A DNA stretch of 64,000 bases from the NCBI GenBank assembly GCA_031425055.1, contig JANPIO010000270.1, positions 493-64,492 on the forward strand. The letters are read 5' to 3'. This document shows positions 49,162-58,653 of this stretch, piece after piece; the stretch's first letter is position 1, and each line of letters opens with the position of its first letter. The translations under genes were made by a program, and so were the position numbers. The notes under the pieces are model-generated. The model made no database searches, was not told where the DNA came from, and saw only the letters and a list, made by a program, of their open reading frames with translations. The stretch is from Phormidium sp. VAR_61_metabat_6 (lineage in GTDB: Bacteria; Cyanobacteriota; Cyanobacteriia; Phormidesmidales; Phormidesmidaceae).

Positions 49162-50694
49162 CTAAACAGTCTCTTCTTTACGAGTGGAGGTATCTCCCAC
49201 CTTGGCGAAGAAACCCCATTCCACCTGTTCGGGAGACAGGTCAGGGTCTACACCGGCAAACACATCGCGGAACAGGGTACGAGACCCGTGCCAGATGTGG
49301 CCGAAGAAGAACAGCAAAGCAAATACCGCGTGACCATAGGTAAACCAACCGCGAGTGCTGGTGCGGAAGACCCCATCTGATCCGAGGGTTTCGCGATCGA
49401 ACTCGAAGGGTTCACCCAACTGTGCCTTACGGGCATAGCGCTTCACCAGAGCAGGCTCAGAGATTGTTTGACCCCCAAGCTCACCACCGTAGAAGGTTGC
49501 GGTTACACCAGTCTGCTCAAAGCTGTACTTAGATTCAGCCCGACGGAAGGGAATGTCAGCGCGAACGACACCGTCCTTGTCGACCAGCACCACGGGGAAG
49601 GTCTCAAAGAAGTTAGGCAGGCGGCGAACAAACAGCTCACGACCTTCCTTATCTTGGAAGACGGGGTGACCCAGCCAACCCTCAGCGATACCATCGCCTT
49701 GAACCATGGGGCCAACCCGGAACAAACCACCCTTAGCAGGGCTGTTGCCTACGTAGTCGTAGAAAGCCAGCTTTTCGGGAATACCAGCGTAAGCTTCGTC
49801 CAGGGAATACCCGGCGTTGACATCAGCCTGCACCCGGCGCTGGATCTCTTGCTTGAAGTAGTCGCCATCCCACTGGTAGCGGGTGGGACCAAATAGCTCG
49901 ATCGGGGTGGCAGCACTGCCATACCACATCGTGCCTGCCACCACAAAGGCCGCAAAAAACACCGCTGCAATACTGCTAGACAGCACCGTCTCGATGTTAC
50001 CCATACGCAGAGCCTTGTAGAGGCGCTGGGGCGGGCGCACCGTGAGGTGGAATAAGCCAGCGATAATGCCCACAATCCCTGCGGCAATATGGTGAGCCAC
50101 AATGCCGCCTGGGTTGAACGGGTTAAAGCCTGCGGAACCCCATTCGGGCGCAACCCCCTGCACATGGCCGGTGAGACCGTAGGGGTCAGATACCCACATG
50201 CCAGGTCCCCAAAGGCCGGTCAGGTGGAAAGCCCCAAAGCCGAAGCAGAGAAGACCCGACAGGAACAGGTGAATGCCAAACATTTTGGGCAAATCCAGCG
50301 CTGGCTCCCCGGTGCGAGGATCGCGGAATAGATCTAGATCCCAATAGACCCAGTGCCAGCAGGCGGCTAAAAATAGCAGGCCTGACAGCACGATGTGAGC
50401 CGCAGCCACACCCTCAAAAGACCAGAAGCCAGGGTTGACGGCGGATGCGCCGGTCACGCTCCAGCCGCCCCACGACTGGGTTACGCCCAGTCGTGCCATG
50501 AAGGGCAAAACAAACATGCCCTGCCGCCACATGGGGTCGAGCACAGGGTCACTGGGATCAAAGGTGGACAGTTCAAAGAGAGCCATCGAGCCGGCCCAGC
50601 CAGCTACCAGGGCCGTATGCATTAGGTGTACAGCAATCAGTCGCCCGGGATCGTTAACGACGACCGTGTGTACCCGGTACCAGGGTAGTCCCAT
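49162..50694 (-). CDS. psbB: Photosystem II CP47
   Basis: [26 protein letters not shown] and [21 protein letters not shown]. Confidence 0.99.
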   Translation of the reverse strand: MGLPWYRVHTVVVNDPGRLIAVHLMHTALVAGWAGSMALFELSTFDPSDPVLDPMWRQGMFVLPFMARLGVTQSWGGWSVTGASAVNPGFWSFEGVAAAHIVLSGLLFLAACWHWVYWDLDLFRDPRTGEPALDLPKMFGIHLFLSGLLCFGFGAFHLTGLWGPGMWVSDPYGLTGHVQGVAPEWGSAGFNPFNPGGIVAHHIAAGIVGIIAGLFHLTVRPPQRLYKALRMGNIETVLSSSIAAVFFAAFVVAGTMWYGSAATPIELFGPTRYQWDGDYFKQEIQRRVQADVNAGYSLDEAYAGIPEKLAFYDYVGNSPAKGGLFRVGPMVQGDGIAEGWLGHPVFQDKEGRELFVRRLPNFFETFPVVLVDKDGVVRADIPFRRAESKYSFEQTGVTATFYGGELGGQTISEPALVKRYARKAQLGEPFEFDRETLGSDGVFRTSTRGWFTYGHAVFALLFFFGHIWHGSRTLFRDVFAGVDPDLSPEQVEWGFFAKVGDTSTRKEETV

Positions 50695-50886
50695 TGACTA
50701 CGCGCCTCCTCTAGGTAAAACAATGTTGTTTTGGGAATTGTCTTAAGCATGCCAGTACTGATTAGCCTATCAGAATCAGGCTCTCAGTAATGCTCCAATT
50801 GCCCCGTCATCCCGCCATTGCCTGAGGGGGCGATGTCATTGTTGGATGCGGAACCATTTGGTACAGATGAGATGTAACAATGAAAT

Positions 50887-50904
50887 TACTTAACGAAGTG
50901 TAAC
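50887..50904 (-). promoter_or_regulatory. HLR1-like (RpaB) direct repeat upstream of psbB
   Basis: Minus strand GTTACACT-TC-GTTAAGTA has 3 mismatches to (G/T)TTACA(T/A)(T/A)-N2 repeated. Extra GTTACATC half-site at 50871-50878. Confidence 0.4.
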
Positions 50905-51046
50905 CAGTCCCAAATTCCCTCGCAACTAGCTTGAGCCTTGGTCGGGGGCGATCACCAGGGATTGTGACTCAAAAACACCTCGGCCCAGCGGCTAAAGGCT
51001 TGATTTACCGCCGCTAACGACGCAGAACGCTAAGGAGATTCCCGCA

Positions 51047-51385
51047 ATGGCTAATGTTAAGTTTGTTAACGAAGACACTGAGATCGTCGTTGCTGACGGG
51101 GCCAACCTGCGCTTTAAAGCCTTGGAAAACCGGATTGATATCTATACTTTTAGCGGAAAGCTAACGAACTGTGGCGGCTACGGCCAGTGCGGCACCTGCG
51201 TCGTTGACGTAGTGGCAGGTGGCGAGAACCTGTCGCCCCGTACCCAGGTAGAAGAGCGCAAGCTAAAGAAGTGGCCTGAGAGCTGCCGACTGTCTTGCCA
51301 GACTACGGTGCATGGGCCGGTTTCGGTGGTTACAAAGCCTAACCGCAAGGCGCTGGCACAGGCTAAGACTTCGAAGAGCGCCTAG
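51047..51385 (+). CDS. 2Fe-2S ferredoxin-like protein
   Basis: [11 protein letters not shown]...RLSCQ. Confidence 0.92.
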   Translation: MANVKFVNEDTEIVVADGANLRFKALENRIDIYTFSGKLTNCGGYGQCGTCVVDVVAGGENLSPRTQVEERKLKKWPESCRLSCQTTVHGPVSVVTKPNRKALAQAKTSKSA

Positions 51386-51600
51386 TCTTGCTAGGAGGCC
51401 TGATTGCCTGGCATCGGCTCAGGGGCTTTGGGCCATCGCTGCATTCTCATCGAGTAGAGTGATATTCTGAAGTTGTCGGGTTTTTGGCGCAGCGAGTCTT
51501 TGGTGAGTTGAGCTAAAGCGGGTTTGACAAGGATAAAGACGGCTAGTGTTGGAAGCTCGATGCGACGTTGTTGGGTTGAGAGTAGTAGAGGCAAGCACTG

Positions 51601-51711
51601 ATGGAAGTCAATAAGCTTGGTTTTGTAGCCAGCATTCTCTTTGTTCTGGTACCGACGGTTTTTCTGCTAATTCTGTACATCCAAACCTCTAGCAAGCAAA
51701 CCGGATCGTAA
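51601..51711 (+). CDS. psbM: Photosystem II protein M
   Basis: [36 protein letters not shown], read by hand. Confidence 0.96.
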   Translation: MEVNKLGFVASILFVLVPTVFLLILYIQTSSKQTGS

Positions 51712-51894
51712 GATCGCGGTCGATGGCTGTGGTGCCGGGTCGCTGCTGCGCCGGATTAAGAGCCGCAAGTCGGGCTATGGGAATTAGGTGTATTCTTAGG
51801 GCGCTGGTTAAACCGGCGCTTTTTTGCGGTTTATGGACTGCGGCGGCCTGACACCATCGGTGATGGGGCCGTCATGACGTACCGTTGGAAACCA

Positions 51895-52671
51895 ATGACC
51901 TACTGTTTGGGCATTTTGGTGAAGGAGGGGTTGGTGCTGGCCGCCGACTCGCGCACCAATGCTGGGGTTGACTACATTTCGTCGTACCGCAAGTTGTTTG
52001 ATTTTTCTAAGCCGGGCGATCGCGTCATTTTGCTGTGTACTTCGGGCAACCTGTCGATTACCCAGGCGGTAGTGCATCAGCTCGGTCAAGACATTAAGCA
52101 CGATCGCGAACCCAATCTGCACAGCCTGCCCAGCCTCTACGATGTAGCTCGCCACCTAGGAGAGCAAATTCGCACCTTACAAGAGACCGATCGCGCCTGG
52201 CTGGCCCAGGACAAAATTGACTTTAAGTGCAGTTTTTTGCTGGGCGGTCAGGTGCAGGGAGAGGTGCCAGAGCTATTTTTGATCTACAGCCAGGGCAACT
52301 GCATCAAGGCCACCCCCGAGACACCGTTTTTGCAGATTGGCGAGACCAAGTACGGCAAGCCTATTCTCGATCGCACCCTGGGGTTTGACGTGCCCCTCGA
52401 TGCGGTAGCCAAGTGCGCGCTGCTGTCGATTGATTCGACGATGCGATCGAATTTGTCGGTGGGGCCGCCAATTCATATGGCCATGTACCAGACCAACAGC
52501 TTTGAGATTCGCCACCGAGCAAAGTTTCAAGCGGGGGATCCTTACCTGATCAAAATGCGTAAGCACTGGGAAGTGGCCCTGCGGGAAGCCGCGCTCAGTA
52601 TGCCCGATATTTCTTGGAACCACGATGATGCCCTCTTGCCCCCAGGGATTCCCGACCCGGGCGACACTTAG
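51895..52671 (+). CDS. Proteasome-type protease (Anbu family)
   Basis: MTYCLGI (N-terminal Thr after Met removal), DSRTNAGVD, QIGETKYGKPILDR and STMRSNLSVG. Confidence 0.9.
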   Translation: MTYCLGILVKEGLVLAADSRTNAGVDYISSYRKLFDFSKPGDRVILLCTSGNLSITQAVVHQLGQDIKHDREPNLHSLPSLYDVARHLGEQIRTLQETDRAWLAQDKIDFKCSFLLGGQVQGEVPELFLIYSQGNCIKATPETPFLQIGETKYGKPILDRTLGFDVPLDAVAKCALLSIDSTMRSNLSVGPPIHMAMYQTNSFEIRHRAKFQAGDPYLIKMRKHWEVALREAALSMPDISWNHDDALLPPGIPDPGDT

Positions 52672-52703
52672 GCCGGCTGGGAATTGTCGATCTGAGGTTA
52701 GCT

Positions 52704-53480
52704 CTAGTTGGGCCAGTCCCCGGCTAGGAGGGCGGCAGGAGTCGTTGGCCAAAGGTGTAAATGCTCTGGCTCTAGGTGGGGAGCTTGAACGGCGATCGCA
52801 CCCATGTAGTCTGACTGATGCCACTGATAGAGCTGCCCTGGATGGTCTAACCCCGGTGCTGTCACCACTTTTACCGATGTCGGCCCTGAGGTCAGCGGAG
52901 TCTCTAAGCGCAACTCTAGAGCCTGCATAGAGCCGACTATGCCAATGCCCAGGGATTTTAGGCAGGCCTCTTTACCCGTCCAATAGCGCAGAAAGCGATG
53001 GTCAGCCTGGGGATGCGGCTGGGCCAGCACGGTTTTAGCCTCAGCGGTTGTGAGGTAGCGACGACACAGACCCGGCAGACATTTCACCCGGCGCAGGGCT
53101 TCAATATCTACACCGATTGCCCTGACATCAGCGGCGGTGCTGATGGCCACGAGCAGTCGCTGCTCACTGTGGGATAGGTTGAATTTTGGCACCACGCCGT
53201 CGCGACTGGCGTCGGGGCTGAGTTCTGGCTTGCCTTTGGGCCCGTAGACAAAGGTAAGTGCGGCGGGTGCTTGGCCAGTGTAGTGGCTCAGCAGGTAGCG
53301 TAGGCAGCCTCGACTGGCTAGGAACTGACCCTGAACCGCGGGTCGGTGAATGCGCTCTAGCTGAGCCTGTTCCGCAGGCGATAAACAGGCTTTGAGGGCC
53401 TTCTGAGTCGTTGTCTCAAAGGCGGTAGAGAGCAGCCAGAGGTCAATAGCAGATGAAGCACCCTGGCGAGACTCAGGCAT
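52704..53480 (-). CDS. 4'-phosphopantetheinyl transferase (Sfp/HetI-like)
   Basis: YGPKGKP, FNLSHS, IGVDIE and WTGKEACLKSLGIG. Start uncertain. Confidence 0.9.
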   Translation of the reverse strand: MPESRQGASSAIDLWLLSTAFETTTQKALKACLSPAEQAQLERIHRPAVQGQFLASRGCLRYLLSHYTGQAPAALTFVYGPKGKPELSPDASRDGVVPKFNLSHSEQRLLVAISTAADVRAIGVDIEALRRVKCLPGLCRRYLTTAEAKTVLAQPHPQADHRFLRYWTGKEACLKSLGIGIVGSMQALELRLETPLTSGPTSVKVVTAPGLDHPGQLYQWHQSDYMGAIAVQAPHLEPEHLHLWPTTPAALLAGDWPN

Positions 53481-53575
53481 AAAGTAGAGATCAGGGATTG
53501 AGAGTAGCAAGGACAGCCTAGCGCTATTGTGCAGCAAGCTGGGCACCCTTGGCACAGCCCCCTGGTTCCCTTGCT

Positions 53576-54838
53576 ATGCCGTCGAAGCCATTTACTGCTG
53601 CCTCAGATGACCCCGTTGCCTCTGGCCAAGCCGGGGCGGTAAAAATCTGTATTTTGGGGGGCGGATTTGGCGGGCTGTACTGCGCCCTGGCCCTACACCA
53701 GCGATCGCGGCGATCGCCCCACCCCATTCACATCACCCTAGTTGAGCCGCGCGATCGCTTCAACTTTACCCCCCTGCTCTACGAACTGCTCACCCAGGAA
53801 CTGGCCCCCTGGGCGATCGCCCCCGCCTACCGAGAGTTGCTCAAGCACACCGCCGTTGACCTGCGCCAGGACTGGGCCGAGCACATTGACTTGGCCCAGC
53901 AACGCGTCACCCTGCGCCATGGAGAATTCCTCACCTACGATTACTTAGTGGTGGCGCTGGGTAGCCAAATGCGGCCCCCCGCCACCCCCGGTAGCCAGAC
54001 CCATAGCCTGCCATTTAACACCCTGCAGGATGCTGAACAGCTAGAGCGGCGGTTAAATGACCTCGAACAATTGCCCCACGTCCGGGTGGTGGTGGCCGGG
54101 GCTGGCCCCAGCGGCGTCGAACTGGCATGTAAGCTAAGCGATCGCCTCGGTGGCCGAGGTCAGGTCACTTTAGTCGATCGGCGGGGCGAAATTTTGCGAT
54201 CGTATCCCGAGCGCATCCAGCGGGCGGCGGCTCGTGCCCTGGCGAAACGGGGGGTAGAGGTCTATCTAAATGCTGCGATCGAGGCGGTAGATGCCAGTGG
54301 ATTAACCTTTGGCTACGAGGGCCAAACCCGCCACTGCTCGGCCAATATTACCCTGTGGACGGTGGGTACAGTGCCCCATGCCTGGCTGGGGACTGATCTC
54401 AAGCCGACCGCGTTTGGCCAGTGCCAGGTGTTGCCTACCCTACAGCTACCCGACTACAAAAATGTTTTTGTGCTGGGGGATATGGCTGCCATGCCCGCCC
54501 CAGGACGTGGTTCCCAGGGCGGTCGGGAACCGATTGAGAACGAGTATCCCTTTCGCAATCGTGCCCCCACTACAGCCCAGGCCGCCTACCAGGCGGGCCC
54601 TGCGGTCGCCTCTAATGTGCTGGCCCTAATCGCCAATCGTTCGCTCAAATCCTTTCGTTACAACCATCTAGGCGACATGCTTACCCTGGGGCAGGGAGAG
54701 GCTGTGGTCTGCGGGTTTGGGCTGTGCATCACCGGACGCCTGGGAGGCTGGTCGCGTCGCTGGGCCTACTGGCTACGGCTGCCCACCCCCGCCCATCGCT
54801 GGCGGGTACTCAAGCACTGGCTGGTTTTCAAGGCTTAG
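53576..54838 (+). CDS. Type II NAD(P)H dehydrogenase-like flavoprotein (NdbB/NDC1-like)
   Basis: ILGGGFGGL, FTPLLYELL, VAGAGPSGVELA, FVLGD and TAQAAYQ. Confidence 0.85.
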   Translation: MPSKPFTAASDDPVASGQAGAVKICILGGGFGGLYCALALHQRSRRSPHPIHITLVEPRDRFNFTPLLYELLTQELAPWAIAPAYRELLKHTAVDLRQDWAEHIDLAQQRVTLRHGEFLTYDYLVVALGSQMRPPATPGSQTHSLPFNTLQDAEQLERRLNDLEQLPHVRVVVAGAGPSGVELACKLSDRLGGRGQVTLVDRRGEILRSYPERIQRAAARALAKRGVEVYLNAAIEAVDASGLTFGYEGQTRHCSANITLWTVGTVPHAWLGTDLKPTAFGQCQVLPTLQLPDYKNVFVLGDMAAMPAPGRGSQGGREPIENEYPFRNRAPTTAQAAYQAGPAVASNVLALIANRSLKSFRYNHLGDMLTLGQGEAVVCGFGLCITGRLGGWSRRWAYWLRLPTPAHRWRVLKHWLVFKA

Positions 54839-54974
54839 ACAATCCATAAATTCTCTCAGCTGTAGTTCATACGGCAAATCGGTTAGAGCAATTGAGCTAG
54901 AGTTAGCTCTCAGCAGGCATGTATCGATAGTCTGCGGGGTTGTCTGTAGCGCCCAATGGGCAAAGGTCAAGGCT

Positions 54975-56975
54975 GTGAAGAGTCTCCCGAAGTGGCTAAG
55001 GTATGTGTGGGTAAGTGCGATCGCCCTGGTTGTGATCACTACTCTTACCCTGCGTCCGGCCCCAGCTCAGCTGCCTCCCCATCCTCTCGATCCCTTGACC
55101 GCTGACGAAATTCAGACGGCAGTGGCGGTGATCAAAGCTACCCACTCCCTCTCAGAAGCAGCGCGGTTTCCCAATATCTCGCTGCAAGAGCCCGACAAAG
55201 ACCTGGTGTGGGCGTTCCAGCCGGGCGATGCCGTGCCCCGCGCCGCCTTTGTAGTGGTGCTAGAGCCGGTGAAAAATATCACCTACGAAGCCGTGGTCAA
55301 TCTGACTACCGCTGAACTCACCGCATGGAACGAGATTTCCGGTGTGCAGCCCGCCATTCTAGACGAAGATTTTGAGCTGCTGAGCGAGTTGGCCAAGGCC
55401 GACCCCCGCTGGCAGGCCGCTATGGAAAAGCGGGGCATTACCGACTTTGAAAGCGCTGTAGTCGATGGCTGGGCACCGGGTATGCTCAGCCCTGCTGAAC
55501 GCGCCAGCGGCAAGCGACTGATGCGTGGCTACACCTACTACCAGCCCAACTACGTCAACTATTACGGTGCCCCGATCGAGGGGCTAATGGTGGTGGTCAA
55601 TCTCACCGATCGCGAAGTGGTCGAGGTGGTCGATACGGGCGTAGAGCCCTTTTCCACAGCTAATTTTGACTACGACGAGGAGACTACTGCTCCGCTCCAG
55701 CCCTCTCCTAAGGCGCTGATTATTCAGCAGCCCCAGGGCAAAACGTTTGCCCTGGAGGGCAACGCCGTCACCTGGCAAAACTGGAAGTTTCGCTATATTT
55801 TGCACCCCCGCGAGGGGCTGACTCTGTACCAGGTGTCCTACGTCGAAGATGGAGTCGAGCGCCCGATTCTCTACCGAGCGGGACTGTCGGAGATGGTAGT
55901 GCCCTACGCCGAAACCGGCCCCACCTGGGCGGTAAAGAGCGCCTTTGACGTAGGCGAGTACCGCTTTGGCTGGCTCTCGACCCCTATGTACCTGGGCAAC
56001 GAGGTGCCTCAAAACGCCGTGCTGCTCGATGCAATCATGGCCGACGACCTGGGCGAACCTACCCTGATGGAGGACGTGATCGCCCTCTACGAGCGGGACG
56101 GCGGCATTCTCTGGCGGCACTACGACTTCAACAATGGAACCCACGAGGGCAGGCGCAGCCGCGAGCTGGTGATGACGACGGTGGCGGCGATCGGCAACTA
56201 CGACTACGCTATCAGCTGGATCTTTCACGAAGACGGTACCCTCGAAGAGCAGACCGATCTGACCGGCATCATGCTGGTCAAGGGCACGGAGGATGTAACC
56301 GAAACCCACGACCACTTAGGTCACCTGGTCGCGCCCCACGTCGTCGCGGTCAACCATCAGCACTTCCTAAACTTTCGCCTCGACTTTGATGTCGATGGCC
56401 CAGCCAATACCGTGGCCGAGATGAACGTAGCTACGGTGCCCCAGGGGAACGGCAACCCCTATGGCAACGCCTTCGCCGTGGAGACAACGCCGCTTACCTC
56501 CGAAACTAAAGCTGTGCGCGACATGAGCATGGCTAACAGCCGCACCTGGATGGTGATGGGGGCCAAGGAGAATGACCTGGGCATGCCCACCGGATACATG
56601 CTGATGCCCGGCAGCAATTCGGCCTTTTTCCCCGCCAAGGAGTCAAATGTGCGGCAGCGGGGCGAGTTTGCGGGACACCACCTGTGGGTGACCCAGTACA
56701 AGCCCAACGAGCTGTACGCGGCGGGTGATTACCCGAACCAGAGCATGCCTAATCAGGGGTTGCCTGAGTGGGTGGCCGACGATGAACCGCTAGCCGGTGA
56801 GGATGTGGTGGTCTGGTACACCCAGGGCGTTACCCACATTCCTCGCTCCGAAGAATGGCCGATTATGACCGTTCACAAAGCGGGATTCAAGATTATGTCC
56901 CACGGCTTCTTTCCTCAAAACCCAGTGCTGAATGTGGCGGCCCCAGACCCGGTACTGACGGCTGAAACTCCCTAG
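54975..56975 (+). CDS. Copper-containing primary amine oxidase (TPQ), secreted
   Basis: HPLDPL, TPQ consensus GNYDY, copper ligands HQH and THIPR, and an N-terminal signal peptide from GTG 54975. Confidence 0.93.
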   Translation: MKSLPKWLRYVWVSAIALVVITTLTLRPAPAQLPPHPLDPLTADEIQTAVAVIKATHSLSEAARFPNISLQEPDKDLVWAFQPGDAVPRAAFVVVLEPVKNITYEAVVNLTTAELTAWNEISGVQPAILDEDFELLSELAKADPRWQAAMEKRGITDFESAVVDGWAPGMLSPAERASGKRLMRGYTYYQPNYVNYYGAPIEGLMVVVNLTDREVVEVVDTGVEPFSTANFDYDEETTAPLQPSPKALIIQQPQGKTFALEGNAVTWQNWKFRYILHPREGLTLYQVSYVEDGVERPILYRAGLSEMVVPYAETGPTWAVKSAFDVGEYRFGWLSTPMYLGNEVPQNAVLLDAIMADDLGEPTLMEDVIALYERDGGILWRHYDFNNGTHEGRRSRELVMTTVAAIGNYDYAISWIFHEDGTLEEQTDLTGIMLVKGTEDVTETHDHLGHLVAPHVVAVNHQHFLNFRLDFDVDGPANTVAEMNVATVPQGNGNPYGNAFAVETTPLTSETKAVRDMSMANSRTWMVMGAKENDLGMPTGYMLMPGSNSAFFPAKESNVRQRGEFAGHHLWVTQYKPNELYAAGDYPNQSMPNQGLPEWVADDEPLAGEDVVVWYTQGVTHIPRSEEWPIMTVHKAGFKIMSHGFFPQNPVLNVAAPDPVLTAETP

Positions 56976-56997
56976 AAGGTGCATCCCGAGTGAGTGG

Positions 56998-57024
56998 GTA
57001 GGGCGCAGCGATCCTCTGCACTAC
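56998..57024. repeat. Imperfect REP-like hairpin after the amine oxidase gene
   Basis: GTAGGGCGCAG-N7-CTGCACTAC, with GTAG...CTAC feet. Confidence 0.4.
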
Positions 57025-57179
57025 CTCACATCTACAAACCCGAGCACAGGTCGCTGAGGACATTTGGACGCGTTTAATGAGGCGATGATCGGAGCCATAT
57101 CACCGCGATGAAGAGGTGGCCGAGAAAGCTGAATTTTTCCGTCGTGTAAACTAAGCCATTAAGCGTTTAGGCCCCTGGT

Positions 57180-58646
57180 ATGACTCGCTCCCCTGAGCCG
57201 CCTAACCCAGAACACTGTGAGAAAATGGCTCGTTTTCTGCACGCTACGCTCTTAAAAACGCAGCAGCAGCGAGCAGATCTGCTCACGGAGACCAGTAGAG
57301 CTTGGTTGCAGGCGACCTCTACAGCGGCGCAAATCACCAGGCTGACGATGCTGCTTGAACAACAGCCTGATCTTGCGGTGCCGACCGTCGAGCGAATTTT
57401 AGCAAAGCTGTTTATCCCGGCCTTTCAGGGGTTTAAGCCCTACGGCCAGATTTTGCAGCGGGTGCAGCAGTTAGCGATCGCCGCCGCCGCCTCCCCAATC
57501 TCCCCCGCTATCCCTGAACAGTCCCCAGTTCATCCAACTCAGGATGAACCCTCCACCCTTCCCTGGGTGGGGCTGTTGCTGGTGGATGCCGAAAACATGA
57601 ACCCGCCCGAGGCACTGGAGGCATTTCTGCAAACCGTGGGTCAATACCCCATTCGGCATCGACTGGCCTTTGGCAACTGGCGCAGGCTAGGTCGCCGCGA
57701 TCGCGATCTATACCGCCGGGGCTATCAGATGGTGCATGTGCCCTCGGGCAAAAACAGTGCCGATATCAAGATGGCCGTAGACACCTCCCTAATTACCTTC
57801 CAAAACCCATCAATCCGCGAGATATTCATCTGCTCTACGGATACCGATTTGCTTCACCTGGGCTATGCGCTGCTCAACCTAGGGGTCAGGGTTCACTGCG
57901 TCAGACACCGCGACGACGGCTGGTTTGAGGTGCTTAATCTGGCTCAGCAAACCACCCAGAAGGTCTACTTCGACTCGGGTGAGGGGGCTGATCTGGGTGC
58001 CGAGTCGGGCCAGCAGGTGATCAAGGTGCCCACCCTAGCCGAAACGGCGCGATCGCTCAAACAACTGCTAGCTCAAGCCCACCAGGATGATCCTGACCAG
58101 CCAATGACTATGGGCCGTCTGGGCAAGCTATTTCGCGATCGCCACCACCTTTCCGCTAGCGAGGCGCTCCAGGCCAACTCGGGCTACAAAACCCTGGGGC
58201 AGTTTCTCAAATCTCACACTGCCTTTGTCCTTTCCCCCTTGCCCGACAGCAAGCAGATTGCCGTCACCCTCAAGGCGATCGCTAACGACAACACTCCACC
58301 CTCGGCATCCGCAGTCGCGATCGCCGTTCCCCAGTTAGAGGAATCCCTGAGCTCCGAGGGGGCAGTAGAGGCAGTGGCTTTGCCGCCGCCCATCACCGAT
58401 ACCCATAGCCTAGAACAGGCGCTGATCACCCTTCTGTGGCGTTTATCCTCAGGTCAGACCGATGGCCAAATTCAGCTCTCAGTGCTGGCCGCCTACTTTG
58501 CCCACGTCTACCAAGAACCCATGAGCGCCGTGCTAAAACGCATCGGCGAACCCAAAGGTCTGCCAAAATTTTTGGGCAAATGCCGCTCTTTGAAAGTGCA
58601 ACAGCAGGGCCAAGATTGGCGCATAACCCTGGCCTGCGTCAGCTAG
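57180..58646 (+). CDS. NYN (LabA/DUF88) domain protein with two C-terminal OST-HTH/LOTUS-like domains
   Basis: LLVDAEN, AFGNW, GKNSADIKM and STDTDLLHL, then two short helical domains (MGRLGKLF..YKTLGQFLKS; LSVLAAYF..GLPKFLGK). Confidence 0.82.
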   Translation: MTRSPEPPNPEHCEKMARFLHATLLKTQQQRADLLTETSRAWLQATSTAAQITRLTMLLEQQPDLAVPTVERILAKLFIPAFQGFKPYGQILQRVQQLAIAAAASPISPAIPEQSPVHPTQDEPSTLPWVGLLLVDAENMNPPEALEAFLQTVGQYPIRHRLAFGNWRRLGRRDRDLYRRGYQMVHVPSGKNSADIKMAVDTSLITFQNPSIREIFICSTDTDLLHLGYALLNLGVRVHCVRHRDDGWFEVLNLAQQTTQKVYFDSGEGADLGAESGQQVIKVPTLAETARSLKQLLAQAHQDDPDQPMTMGRLGKLFRDRHHLSASEALQANSGYKTLGQFLKSHTAFVLSPLPDSKQIAVTLKAIANDNTPPSASAVAIAVPQLEESLSSEGAVEAVALPPPITDTHSLEQALITLLWRLSSGQTDGQIQLSVLAAYFAHVYQEPMSAVLKRIGEPKGLPKFLGKCRSLKVQQQGQDWRITLACVS

Positions 58647-58653
58647 AACACCA

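Noticed and set aside
52704-53555. NRPS/PKS cluster implied by the phosphopantetheinyl transferase
   Set aside because: No carrier-protein, NRPS or PKS genes are in the window, and stand-alone Sfp-type PPTases are normal in cyanobacteria.
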